Below are positions 26,710 to 40,644 of a stretch of 64,000 nt of DNA, in pieces. A program made the position numbers and the translations under genes. This DNA comes from Azolla caroliniana. Lineage: Eukaryota; Plantae; Polypodiophyta. The stretch is from assembly GCA_043228905.1 (NCBI GenBank), contig JBHGNT010000016.1, positions 17,174,001 through 17,238,000 on the forward strand, written 5' to 3'. Numbering within the stretch: position 1 is the stretch's first letter; each line of letters begins with the position of its first letter. The notes under the pieces were generated by a model that was not told the origin of the DNA, did not search any database, and saw only the letters and a list, made by a program, of their open reading frames with translations.

Positions 26710-27309
26710 ATTGCTCCACGTATGTCTTCAAAGGATGGCAATCCTTTTTGGCACTTCTAGCCACTAAGATGGTTGTTTCCTTCGTCGCTGATCACTTAAG
26801 AATCAAATCTATGTAAATTGCTTTCACTAATAAATGGATATTTTTTATAATAATAATAAGAAAAGAAAAAGAAACAAAGAAAGAGAGCATTCTAAATTGT
26901 TTGCGCTCAAAAGTGGAAGGATTCCACACAAATGGAAGGATAAGGAATATTCCGTTTGGTTTCAGGGTTTTTTTAACCATCTCACAAAACACATTGATAC
27001 CAGTATCACATGTGCTCAAATATTCAACGAAAAAGCTTAAAATTTCACCATTTCATAATAATATTAAAAATTCACAAATTTATGCCAAATACAAAAAGTT
27101 GTATTGTATTTTCTACTGTAAAATTGACAACTAATGTTTTTTATGAAAAACAATATTCACAGGGAGCGATAGATTTAAAAACAATTAAGCTTTACATCAC
27201 TCGAGTTCTTACAAGCTTAGATTTATTATACGTTGATGCCAAATATACAATCAAACGTTATTTGCATCACTGTCATCATTCCTCTCATAAGAATAACTAC
27301 TATAGTTGG

Positions 27310-30300
27310 GGGTTTTATATACAAGTCTTCAAGGGACTGCCATATTAAATGTGTTGGTGGAATCTAATCAAGATATCAAGTTTAGTACGATTTTGTCATA
27401 AGAATATCTAATATTCTTTGACCACATTAACACTTGACTTGACAACTACACGGATTACAATAAAATGTGCTCACACATGTTTTCACACATCGGCATTTTC
27501 TTCATAAGCACATGTTCACACAAGTTGAGCTTGATTCTCAACACGCCCCCTCAAGGTCAATTGTGTGTCCTCTTAAGCTTGGTTGTCTTGGTGTAGTTGA
27601 AGACCCAACTGCAGTTGGTCGGACTACTAGACCGTGGTTTTCCCATTGTTCCTATGTACTCGATCTTGATCTTGCAATGTCGATCTTGCCAATCCAAAAT
27701 GTCGAGCTTCAAAAATTTCGGGCTTTGGAAAGTCTTCCTCTAACTTGCCGGGTCAAGTCAGATTAGATGTGTCAGCCCTACTTTGCCGATGCCAGTCTCA
27801 CTCTTCCTCTTGTATGGTGCTGATTCTCCATGTTTTCCTTCATCTTTGTACTTGTACTCTCCCCCAAGCTCAGCATATCAAGTGGTCTAAGGCCTAGATC
27901 CACTGAGAATTGTCGTAGCTTGTCGAGACCTAGTACCTTAGTGAAAACATCAGCCACTTGCATGTTGGTGCCAACATATTGGAGGTCAATGTCGTTGGCC
28001 AATATATGCTCACGGATGTAATGATAGTGCATCTCGACGTGCTTAGTCCGGGCGTGAGACACCAGATTCTTTGCAAGCTGGATGTTGTTGAGATTATCGC
28101 AGTGGATCAGTATTGGCTTGTTCGCCAATTCGTTGAAGTCTTTTAGCAGTCTTTTAAGCCATACAGCTTCGCAAGTCATTCTGAACTTGTAGAGCAAGTT
28201 CAACACATAGTGTCGTTGTGAGAGTAGGAACCCTTCTGGAGTTTGAATGACCTCAATGCTGAGAAAATAATGTAAGTCATTCAGATCCTTCTTCTCGAAC
28301 TTCTCTAAAAGCAACTTTTTTAATCTTTTGTGTCTCGGTGAGGCTTTCTCCACCGATGACAAGGTCATCAACATACAAGATTAAGAAGATGGGGCTTTTG
28401 GGATTGTTCAGAACATACACCGAGTTATTATATTTTGACATCCGGAAGCCAATGTCGTGAAGATATTATGTGATCTTTGAATGCCATGCTCTTGGGGCTT
28501 GCTTTAGTCCATAGAGCGGCTTCTTCAATCGGCAAACTACATGTGGATGTTTGTTTGATTCGAAGCCAGGTGGTTGCATCATGTAAACTTCATCCTCGAG
28601 CTCACCTTGGAGGAATGCATTCTTCACATCCATTTGATGCAAGTGCCACCCTTTCCCTGTTGCGAGTGCAATTACCGTCCTCACGGTGGTCATTTTTGCC
28701 ACTAGGGCAAATGTTTCCTCATAGTCTATGCCATAGGTTTGAGCATACCCTTTGGCGACTAGCCGAGCCTTGAACCGATTGACCATGCCATCTGTATTAT
28801 GTTTTATCTTCAACACCGAGTGGCAACCAATTGGCTTTTTCTTGATTTCAGAGGATGGGACGAAATCCCAAGTATCGTTGTCAAACAACGCGAGCATCTC
28901 CTCCCTCATTGCCTCAATCCACCAGGGATCTTGGGCAGCTTCTTTGTAAGTCTTGGGTTCTTGGTCCGCGACGACCTTCATCATGAATGCATAGTGGTGG
29001 GCCATGTACTCATTGTACCCGAACCTAACTATCGGGCTCTTTTGTCGGTTCGATTGATGGAGTTTTCCTTTGGTCATTTCCGGTGCCTTCATCATTTCAT
29101 ACTTGTTGTGGACTAATCGGGGTGAATGATCTAAGTCTTCAATGGATGTCATGTCCTTGGCCTCTTGCTCAGGTATCTTGCCCTTTTTTTTCTTTCTACG
29201 GGTGTAGCACCAAGGTGACAACACATCAGAGGTTTCTTCATGCTGTGCAAGACTCAGATTGCTGGATGACACCTCAGGTCCAGTCAACTGGAGTGTGGGC
29301 AGACTCTATGCTGGTTCTCCACCCATAATGGTCGTTAGCATCTCTTCTTCTTCACTTTGAGAATCTACTCTAGATCTGCTTCTTTCGAGCACGGTGGGGG
29401 TCACTGATGTTGGGCCATACCATGATGTCACCTCATCAAATACCACATCTCCACTTACTCGTGACTGTCGAGTGATGGGGTTAAAACCCTTATAACCCTT
29501 TTGCTCAAGTGAGTAACCAACGAGGATCATCTTCTCCGATTTTGGGTCAAGCTTTCTCCTCTTCTCATCGGGGACATGCACAAATGCAATGTTGCCAAAA
29601 ACCTTCAAGTGCGAAAGGCCTGGCTTTGTCCCAAAATACTTTTTGTGAGGGGTGATGTCATGGACACCCTCGGTTGTGCACCTATTGATGAGATACACAG
29701 CACCCTCGGTCATGCACCCTCGGTTGTCCACCTCTTCCTCAACCATTCCTCCCCCGGTTTCCACGACCACGACCGTGACCTCGACCAAGATCATGATGTG
29801 TATATAATATTTGCCCATCAGATGCCATGCTTTTTGACCGTGTAAGGTTCTCCTCAACCATTAGCGTGGATTGCAAGTCGAAAAAGCTTGGGGGGTTCTC
29901 CCTTGTTATGGCAGTTCGAAACGAGACATATTTTTGTGCGAGGCCACCAAGGCAGATATGCACCATCTCGTCATCATCAATTGTGACATTGATGGAGCCA
30001 AGTGAATTGCATAAGTCTTTGATCCGGAGGGTATAGTCCGTCACGAACATATCCCGCTGCCGAATATTGTTCAGCTCCTGTCGGAGTTGAATTTTTCTCG
30101 CTGTGGTTGAAGCCGCAAAAATCTTCTTCAAGTTTTTTCATGCTTCTGTATTTCGCATCACGAATATAGCTTAACATGTGATCTTGCACACATGTTGCCA
30201 AACAATACATCACCCTACTAGCGCCTTGTTGCCATGTGGGGTAGTTGGGATTTGTACTATCGGGGGCTGTTTCTTGAGCTCCCTCGATATAACTCCAATA

Positions 30301-31207
30301 CCCTTGCCCAACTAGGTATTGATGCATCATATATTCCCAAGATGCGTAGTTGTGTTTGTCCAACTTCTCTGTTGGAAGTGCGCTTCCCATTTGTGCATTC
30401 ATTTTTCTGATTTAGCTTGATTTGTATGATCCTGTTAACATGAGCCTCTTGTTGTGCAAAACTACAACGACGATTGCAGGTTTTAAAACAACGTCTCTAG
30501 TTGCTCACATTGTTTCAATGGTAGAGCTTAGTGAAGGATCTCTAACCCTCATGCTCTGATACCATGTAAAGAATCTAACTCTAGTAGAGTTGAGTATTCA
30601 GAAGTGTAGTATGTGTCTGTGTGAGAGAGAGAGTGAATGTATAAGCCCAGATGGATGTAGCTCAGTTGGTAAGGTTGCCCAATGGAGACCAGGTGGTCAT
30701 GGGTTAAACCTCTACATTCCACAGTGGCATCTAGTGAATTAAGAGATATATAAGAAATATATAATAGAGAGGTGAGGAAGTTGGGTTTCGAACCCACAAT
30801 GCAGTGCTTGTAGTGCTAACAATTTACCACTAGGGTAAGGTAATTACAATAAAAAAAAGGTATTACAAAGAATAACTAGAAAAATAAGAAAACACACAGT
30901 AGGGGGATGATAGCTTATGCACTTAAGAGAGCTATATTAATTAACTAAAGATCATCAATGAAGCATAATGGGCAAAGAGGGTTTTATATACAAGTCCTCA
31001 AGGGACTGCCATATTAAATGTGTTGGTGGAATCTAATCAAAATATCCACTTTAGTATGATTTTGTAATAAGAATATCTAATATTCTTTGACCCCATTAAC
31101 ACTTGACAACTACACGGATTACAATAAAGTGTGCTCACACACTTTTTCACACATCGTCCTTTTCTTCATAAGCACATGTTCACACAAGTTGAGCTTGATT
31201 CTCAACA
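27310..31207 (-). mobile_element. Ty1/Copia element, internally deleted, inserted into a Gypsy protease region
   Basis: 5' LTR 31207-30565, PBS TGGTATCAGAGC 30564-30553, gag from 30402, integrase C-terminus, RT (KARLVAKGY, QMDVKNAFL, LYGLKQAPRAW), RNase H (HARTKHVEMHYHYIRE). PPT lies next to 27543. The 3' LTR is truncated at about 27310. Confidence 0.9.
30652..30721 (+). ncRNA. tRNA-derived (tRNA-Ala-like) A/B-box module inside a Copia LTR; not a functional tRNA
   Basis: TGGATGTAGCTCAGTTGGTAAG...GGTCATGGGTTAAACCTCTACATTCCA. Has an A box, a degenerate B box and complementary ends (GGATGTAG/CTACATTCC). Confidence 0.6.
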
Positions 31208-34200
31208 AGAATACTAGATAGTCAAGTAGAATTTACACTAAGAGAAGTGTTAGGTATTGCAAAAAAGGAATTTCATGATGAAATAATTGATATTGTGCAA
31301 AGAAAGAAGCAGGTAAATGAGCAGGTTAAAGAGACAAGTCCGAAGGTGGCATATGAACTGGTGAGCAACGAGTCGAACAATCTCATTGTTGACTCTCAAC
31401 ATGCATCAACCTCAATGATAAGTTCAACAGAGACAAGAAGCCACTACTCTTGCAAATCTTGGGCAAGAGACACTACTGAGCATCGTGTGAAGATTGGAAA
31501 TGTTCCACACCCGGTGATGGCACTTATTGATCATGGTTCTGAAATAAATATAATGAGTGCTGATTTTTACAGGAAAGGTAAAAGCAGCCACATCAGTCAC
31601 CAAAGATTTATTTGGTGCATGCCCAAATGTAAAGGTTAATATTGGTGATATAGAGGTAGATCAACATTTCTTTGTTTAGGAAGGATCTACCTACCTGATA
31701 ATCTTGGGGCAACCATACATCATAGCGGTACGGATGGAGACCAAAGTCCTTGAAAATGGTTTTGCTTATGCAAAAATCCATAGCCAAGATGGACGACAAA
31801 CTGTACAGTTTATGACAGTTTGCCCAAATCATGAGAGGAACAAGCAAGAGCTTCGTGATCATTCAATACCAAAAGAATGTGATGATTTTGATAATCAGGT
31901 TTTTGACTAGGATTGTTGCAAATGAGGGTTGCAATAGTCCCATTATTAAAAGACCCTCACGTGGGGCATTACAACACATGAATAAGTCGTTGCATATTTC
32001 TAAAAGTGGTGCTATATGTGTGACTAGGATGTATGAATGCACATTCAAAGCTAAGGAGATTGGTCGTGTAGATCCAAAGGTGGCGACGCCAACGGTAATA
32101 TTTACTATCCCTCATATTCCTTGGAATTTTAAACCTATTGCAATACCGAGAGCTCGATTACCTCAATTGTTGGAGTTGTTGAAGGATAAAGTCAAGTTGA
32201 AGATTTTAGAGCCTTCAAATGCACCATACTCCAATAGATGGTCCACAGTTCCAAAGAAAGATAGTTCTCTAAGATTCATTCAAGATCTACAACCAGTCAA
32301 CAAAGTCACAATCCGAAATGCAAGAATCGGGCCGATCGTTGATGAATTTGCAGAAACTTTTGCTGGGAGAGCGATTTACTCTATGGGAAACCTATATTCA
32401 AGATACGACCAATTTCAACTAGCAATTGATAGTCACAATATCACAACAATGAAAACACCAATTGGGTTGGTTCGAATGTGCACTCTACCTCAAGGTGCGA
32501 CAAATTTAGTTGCTCATATAATGAATGCAATGAACAAAGTTCTACATGAATACATCCCAAAGGTAACTATGCCATTTTTAGATGATATTCCTATTAAGGG
32601 ATGCTTCGAAAGAGAGAAAGATGAGACTATGGTTGGAAATGGTTGCAAAAAGTTTGTGATGGATCACATTAATGATTGTGAAAGTATTTTAAATAAGCTT
32701 GAGCAGTTACATTTGACACTATCAGGAACAAACTCAAGCTTTGGGCAGAATGATGTTTTGATAGTTGGTCATATGTGTGGATGGTATGGGAGGAAGCCAT
32801 CATTGATCAAAATTAACGCAATACAAAATATGAAGGAGGTTTGCAAATCGGTAACAGAGGTGAGAAGATTTTTAGGTGCATGTGTGTTTGATCATATTTG
32901 CTTACCACACTTTGCACATGTATCAGATCCTCTCTACCAACTTTTAAGAAAAGGGAAGAAGTTTATTTGGAGTGATGAACATACACAAGTTGTTCAACAA
33001 TTGAAAGAAGCATTATTGAAAGCTCCAGTTCTTCGTCAACCAGACTACAAAGGTGAAAGACTAATTATAGTGACAATTGATACTAGCCCAATTGGGATCG
33101 GTTGGGTTATCAACCAAGAAGATGAAGACCAACATCGATATGATATTAGGTTTGGAGCAAAGATATTAAATTAAAGACAAAGAAATTATGCACAAGTTAA
33201 ACGAGAATTGTGGGGTTTGCATACTGCATTAAAAACAAATAGAGATTACTTGATTGGAGCAGATGTAGTGGTTGAAACAGATTGTCTTGTGAAATTCAGA
33301 GCGAGAGACACGAAAGAGAAAGTAAAGTTGTGTCACAAATAAAGCAGACACATACAAGAGCAACCGCATGGATTAAAGAAGATCATAGCATCCTCCTATG
33401 ATATCGGATTTCAGAGTTCAAATAGGTGACATAGAGGCATATGGACAACATTTATGAAGTTGAAAAAAAAGTATTGGTGGCCACATATGTCTAAAGATGT
33501 AACGAAATTTGTGGAAACCTGTGAGGTCTGCCAGAGGTATTCAACTATTCGGTATTGAGATGAGCTAAAACCAACATATTCATCATCGATGCATTAGAAA
33601 TGGATGGTCGATCTAGTGACAATGCCACTTGGGGAGCGTCAAATGCGATATTTAGTACTAGCAAGAGAAGACCTTACAAACCATGTACAAGGAAGACCAC
33701 TATGACAAAAAACAACTAGAGTTGTATGTAAATTTTTGTTAGAAGATGTAATATGTCGTTATGGGTGCGTTGGTAAAATAATTGCAGATAGAGGAGAACT
33801 TGATTCCGATGAAGCTAAAGAATTCTTCAACAGGATAGGGGTCAAGTTATCACTTACAACTGCATATAATCTAGAGGCCAATGGAAAGATTAAAAGAGGA
33901 CATAGCCCAATAGTTAAAGCTATCGTGAAAAGTTGTAAAGTAGAATAAGAGATTGGCCACACATGCTACCTTATGCACTATGGGCAGATCGGACAACACA
34001 TAGTTCTGTAACAGGATATTTGCCAACTAAACTGATACTTAGCCAAAAGCCCATCATACCAATAGAAGAATCAATTATGTCATGAACATCTATTCCATGG
34101 AGAGAAGAGCTGAGCAGAGAAGAATTGCTTGCTTTGCAAATTCAACAATTAGAGCGTCATCCTAAAGATGTAGAATTGGCAGCCCAACGATTGAAGGAGG

Positions 34201-34548
34201 CTCGACTGAAGAATAAAATTCGTTTTGATAAAAATCATAGAATCCAGCCTAAGAAAATAGAAGAGGGGGATTGGGTGCTTGTGTATGATAGCATTGTAGA
34301 TAATCAACTTAGCACTATCCGCAAGTTTGCTAAAAGATGGTTTGGGCCCTACATAGTAAAAAAGGTATATGATAACTTTACTTATAAGCTTAGTGAATTG
34401 GATGGGACACTAATCCTCAACGTGGTAGCTGGAAAGAGGATAAAAGTATTTAAGAAAAGGTTTGAGCTTGAACCTCCTCCAATAGATCAACATGAAGTTG
34501 AAAGATAGTCGCACATGCTAGAGGATGTGCAGGTCTAGAGGGGGTGGA
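31208..34548 (+). pseudogene. Ty3/Gypsy relic of the same lineage as 13758-20340 (protease, RT, RNase H, integrase, PPT)
   Basis: IDHGSEINIM, LRFIQDLQPVNKVT, FLDDIPIKG, RYGCVGKIIADRGE, RWFGPY. PPT AGAGGGGGTGGA precedes TGTCGTG at 34549. Confidence 0.92.
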
Positions 34549-35333
34549 TGTCGTGAAGTAGGAAAGGTTCACATTAAAAATCTACACTAAGATAAATACG
34601 TAACTAAAATAAAATAAATCTTGATAATGTTTTATAGAGATAATATTAACAACACACTATGATAATATTATACATTATATGTAGAGGCAAATAAAAGTAT
34701 ATATATTTTATTACATAAACAAGAGAGGACTTGAACCAATAACCCCCACCTTATGACTCTCAAACCTTACCATTTTCCCTATACTTGTAATATATATAAA
34801 ATTATATGTGTTGTCTTATTTGAAGGAGTATTGTATGGTTTAAACCATAAAACAATATAATGTACTGCATGTGCACCATATAGCATATCACTCTACATGT
34901 GTGACATATGGCCCACATGCAAAACCATCCCCTTCCTATAAAAGGAGAAGGGAGTATAATCACAAGGATATCAAGGAATCAATCAATCATATTGAATAGA
35001 CTTATTGTATGGAATCGAGCGAAATTATATTGTAAGAGATATCATTGTTACCCCGTACGAGATGTACGGAGAGTCAGTGTGATGAGCGAGGGTCGAATAT
35101 TATCATGATGATGTTGTATATGTGTAGGGAACATAAATGTAATTGTGAGTCGATATGTATGTGAACACATGCACACGTGTGTGCATGTGGAGGGATACGA
35201 TGAGGTGTGAGCGAGTGTCCAATATGAATGCTCTAGGGGGCTTACACCCCTTTGTATCTACCCCCTCTTGTATTATTTAACCCCTTTATGGGGAATGAAT
35301 GAATGAATAAAGCATTTCTCTCTATCTCTCTTT

Positions 35334-35372
<39 letters not shown>

Positions 35373-35588
35373 CCTCAACGTTGAACCCCCTTGGGAGGGG
35401 GGTGGAGCCATTCTAGGCACCACCCCCCACCCCGCAATGCTTCTCAATGCACATGATCTCTCTCGCCATCAATCCCATACCATTCACCATCTCCACCATT
35501 CCACAATGCTTATCTCCATCATCACACCCATCATTATAATCATGCTATCATAATCGTCATCCCTAACCCTAAAACGTACAACACCTTT

Positions 35589-35630
35589 TGGCGACCACTA
35601 AGGTGACCCCCCTTTGGAGACGGAGTCGAA
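35589..35630 (+). promoter_or_regulatory. PBS (tRNA-Arg-like), possibly bipartite; second copy at 43233
   Basis: TGGCGACCAC starts 5 nt after the LTR. GGAGTCGAA at 35622-35630 could pair with the tRNA T-arm. Confidence 0.65.
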
Positions 35631-37263
35631 GAATGATACACGACAATGTGAGGCATAGTGATGATGATATGTAAGAGATGTCCAAGTAATGATGGCGATA
35701 TGCAGCAAAAGGCGGAAGAAATCAGAAATGGAAGATTGACAAGATTGACTGCTGCACAATTCTACAACAAATTAATCTCTATATGTGAATGTTTTGTGTG
35801 GTTTGTTTTTGCCCTAAATGTCCGAGAAATGTTGGCCAAGATGTACAAAAACGGTGTCAATACATGAGAGGAAGTTGCAAAACAAGTTGCAAAAGGATGG
35901 CGTTACATGAGTGTGCGAGAATGGAAATGACAATGTGCAAATGTGCGGTTAGCAGCAACGTGTGCGTGTTCCAAGGAGACTGCGGAGGAAGACGCAATGT
36001 GTGGAGCGTGGGCCAGCAAGATGTGCGGGACCGAAATGAGACGTGTTCACAATTTCCAGTTTCCAGAGAAGCAACGCGGAAAAAGTTGGAACCAGAACAA
36101 GAGTTGGTTGGCACCGAAGCGGCCGTAATGGCCGGGCGGCCGTCAGAGTAGACAGAGCCGAAACAGCAATAGTGACGCCGAAAAGCGACGGACAGAGAGA
36201 CAACCGTCAGATATCAACGGATGACAACCGGATGACGACTGAACAGACCGGCCACGCGACTGCAGACCGGTCGGACAGGGTTGACGAAGATGAGAGAGGC
36301 TTCAGGAACGGTCATCACCAATCGACAACAGCCGGAGCGGCCGGAGGGCCGGACAAGGTCAAGGAAGCAAATAGGCTGCCAGGATGATGGACGGTGTCGA
36401 ACGACGACGAAACCGACAGAGGGAACGACGGCCAGATGGCCACCGTACGGAGAGCGGCTGAAGCATGGTGGATGAAGTACTGGCCGAAGAGCGAGCGACC
36501 GGTATGGCGGCCAGAATGCGGGACAAATGGCCGAAACGACGACGACGCTATACGGCAGAGGCCGGACAGTGGCGGCGAATGGCAACCCGAAACCCTACAC
36601 AACAGTCAAAGAGTGGCCGAAGAGCAGCGGCCAGATTGTGTGCAGAGCGACCAAGCGATGGACGAGGTTGGATTATGACGAACCGGCAGAGACGACAACA
36701 GAAACGGAAACGGGGCTGGATGGAAAGGCGCCGGACAAGAACGGACAACTCGAGTGAAGGACGAATGGCGACAGAAACACGACCGAACGGAGAATGATGA
36801 TGAAGACGGAAGATGACGAAACGGTTGCAGAGATGGAGAGACAACCAGAGTGGTAACGGTCGGCACGGTGACCAAGCAATGACCAGAACGGACCGGAAGA
36901 CAACGGACAACGGCCAAACAGAGGCCAAAAAGAGGGAGCCGTACAATCGATGGATGAACAACAGACGGGAAAACAGACAATGACGAAGACATTGATCAGC
37001 AATAGAGATGTAGACAAGGCGGGCGACGATTGAGCGGCGACGTAACCAGATGGTCAAGGGACGGAGAGAACCAGAGCGGCGTCCAGACAACAACGACAGT
37101 CGAACGACATCTGGATGGCAACCGAATAAAGTGGCCGGAGCAGCCTAAGTGTTGGCGGCCAGACAACCGATGGTCGTAAAGAATAGATAGATAGATAGAT
37201 AGATAGATTATATTATCGTCTTCGGAGATCAAATATGACCTATGAGACCAAAAATATTACATT

Positions 37264-40200
37264 TCACGTGATACGTGTGAAAGTGAGTAGTGACTCTCGA
37301 TGTTCAAGAACTTTACCAATGAATGTTGCAATCGAGAGTGCACATTGTGGTTGTGAGAGGAATTCATGCAAAGATTGGGCTCGATCGAAGAGATGTGGAA
37401 AGCATGGTCGAATATGATCAAAGGCAGAGCATTGTATCAAAGTGTGATACTCAGACTCGCGAACTTGTTTAGGGCAAAGTGTGCATAGCCGACCACTCTC
37501 ATCACTTGTACCCCAACGCCCTGTTTCACATCGCAATGCATGTGAGCTAAGTCGCATGGAAGCAATGGTTCGAATGGTAGATAACGGTATGGGCTCTAAC
37601 ATGTATGGATGTGTACGATTTCCCCTTTCCGCGAAGAATATGGTTTTGTAGTTAGGTGCAACATGTGTAGTATAATGTGTGAAGCATGAGCCTCCACATT
37701 TGTCCCATGTCATGATACATTGGCGTTGCAAAAATGCCTCATTTACAGAGGAATCTAATGATGCATCATGAAGCAAGTGTCTCGCATCCCATCTACCAAA
37801 CCATTTTTCTATATCTTGCATCCAACCGGAACACAAAATTTTGCTTTTATACGTCTTTTGGATCTTTTTGCTTGCTTCCCACGCAATTCTAGGAAGTCGA
37901 TGTGAGGGACTTTTTTGAACCTTAAGCATGTATTCAACAACCCTTTCCATGGCCATCATCTCAATGGGAAGCGATCCCGTCTCAAGGAGGAGGAGGGTGT
38001 AGGGCGTTTGTTTCTTAACTTGTAGAAACTTGGTAAGAAAATGCTTTTGGACATTTTCAAACTCTTTCCACGTAGACTTAGGGATGCTACCACCCCATAC
38101 TTCCACCCCATAGAGAAGAACTGGTGTCACCAAAGTGTCAAAAAGATATTTCTTGAGGACCCAACACTTAATATCTCCAAGATTGCATGTGTTCTCAAAT
38201 GCATAGTATGCTCGTTTGCCCGCCTCTAAGCGGCGTGTAGCACATTCATTCCATCTATGATTTGAAGGAACTTCAAGGCCAAGATATTTGAAGCTTTCCA
38301 CACATTCAAGTGGCTCATTGTTGTACATAATGCATGGTTTATCTCTTTTTTGGCTCTTCACAAGCATAATCTTTGTTTTAGAGCTATTGACACTTAATTT
38401 AGTATGCATGCAAAATTTTTCCAATGCCTTCATAAGCTTTTGTGCATCTCCTAAAGTATTTGCAAAAAGCACTACATCATCTGCATATAGCAAAAGCATA
38501 ATCACAACATTCCCAATGGCAACTTCTTCAACACATTCTTCCTTTGCAAACTTGGTAACCATTTCTTCCAATTCATCAATGCATAGACCAAATAGTGTTG
38601 GTGAGAGTGGGCATCCTTGCTTAACACCAATAGTGCTTTTGAAAAAATCTGAAAGTTTATCTCTCATGCGCACACAACATATAACCTTCTCATAAATTCG
38701 GGAAATTGCAAGCATATATTCACTTGGCACCTCAAGTTCTTCCATTCGCCTCCAAAGATGCTCACGAGGTACCATATCAAAAGCTTTCTTGAAGTCTACA
38801 AAGCAACAATATAAACCTTTACCTCTAAGGCGACTTTCCTCCATTAATACTCGAAGGGTGATAAGGTGATCAATGGTGCTATGGTGTTTCCGAAAGCCAG
38901 CTTGTCCATAAGCTCTCTTACCACTTTTTTAAGCCCATACACTTATCTTTGATTCCATTATACATCCAAATAGTTTTGCCATTAATGAGCCAACCATGAT
39001 GGTTCGATAGTTGTTTAGATTATTTATATCTCCACCTTTATGTAAAGGTTTGATCCAATTTGTAGTCCAATCGTACGGCATACCATGTTGCAATGCATCA
39101 TTAAACATATCTCTTATCCATATATGTGCTTCCTTTCCCGTCCATTTGAGCATTTCAGCCTTTATACATTGAAGATCGCTTGCCTTTCGAGAGGCCAATT
39201 TCTTAAGTCCTATGCATATATCTTCAATTGTAAAGAAGGAAGGCATATGTGAAAGAGAACCATAACACATCATCTTTCCGGCAAGAGATAACTCATATAA
39301 ATTCTTACAATGCATAGACAAGTCGTGAAGAGTTAAGTCACCATAACTCTCAACACGTTTTCCCTTTAGATTTCCCCAAAATTTAGCACATGCATGTGCT
39401 TTCTCTTATGTTTGGATAAATTGTTGAGTAACTTCCCATATTCTTCTCTTTCTTTGAATAAGCCTTTTATACTCATGCAAATGCTTTTGGTAATTCTCTT
39501 TATCCTTAACTACATCCAAAACCATAAGGCACTTTCGAGCTTCACGACATTCTTTATCAAACCATTTTTTCCTAAGTTTCTTGGTGCATTTCCAAGATGT
39601 GCGGTTGGTCGAAAAACATTTGTTTGTACATGAGAGAATGACTTTCTTGAAAGCTTCCCATTTGCATTCTAGTGTGGCACCATGTTGTATCTTTGTCATT
39701 TGTAACATATCCTCAACCATCTTGGAATACATGGGTGCTCGCTTAAGGTTCATGCTCAAGTGCGGTTGTTTATTATCTTCAATAGCCTTCTCACAATCAA
39801 ACCTATGCATACATTTGAGATCAATACATAAAGGCCTATGATCTGATTCCGGTGTCCATTCACCAAGTGAGAATTTATGTATACGATCCAAAATACCTTC
39901 GGAAAGTAGCACATAATCAATCACACTATTTCCGTTGTATTTTCTACATGTAAAACCATTAGTGTTGGGCCATAAGGAAATACCATTTGCAATAAGCAAT
40001 CCGGTACTATTGCACATTTGTAGGAGTAACTTCCCAAATTGGTCCGGATCTTTTTCATCGCTAGAAGAGCGGTTATACATTTGCATATCCTCTTGCATCC
40101 TTGAGATATGTGGCATGAAAGATTCTTGTGAATCAAGTTGGAAACTTCTTGTACGAGCATTCATTTCACCAAAGACAATAACTTCCCCTTTGGATTTGAA

Positions 40201-40638
40201 ATAGGCAATATCATCTTCTAGATTGGCAAACGGTTGATCTTTATCCAAACACGCATAAAAGTTAGAATCTTGATGAGGAATGTAACATCCAACAACAAAA
40301 GTGGGCAAATCATTAGGTGTTTCTATTTTGAGCCATATGTAGCATTTATTTTCATCATTTTTTATGATTGACACATATTTCTCTATTTCCTTCTTAATCA
40401 AACATGCCACCCCTCCTTGTCCTCTTCTTTGTCTTGGATTTTTCTTCCATATCAAAGAGTGTACATTATAGTTTCCTAAACCTTGAATCCTTTGAGTATC
40501 ATGCTCCCATGTTTCAACAAGAAGTGTGATATCCGAGTCATTGGTGAACTCCTCTATGCCAAATCCCGCACTCCATGGGTATCCATTGCAGTTCCAAAAG
40601 CATAGTCGTAAAAGGCGTGGGTTAGTCTCATAGATCAC
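37264..40638 (-). pseudogene. LINE ORF2 of copy A, interrupted by two in-frame stops (near 39406 and 38929)
   Basis: Colinear with ORF2 22875-26246. YADD is intact. Confidence 0.9.
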
Positions 40639-40644
40639 GTGTCC

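Noticed and set aside
30652-30721. Functional tRNA gene
   Set aside because: The D and anticodon arms do not form and the B box is degenerate, so it is kept only as a tRNA-derived module.
35075-35100. GTGATGAG...CGAAT in the three-LTR element LTR (retrozyme hypothesis)
   Set aside because: The core deviates from CUGAUGA and GAAA, and stem II does not pair.
35571-35580. Telomere-like CCCTAACCCTAAA near the ends of the three LTRs (about 35561-35573 in LTR1)
   Set aside because: Only two units, as in the common plant telo-box motif. It is not an interstitial telomere.
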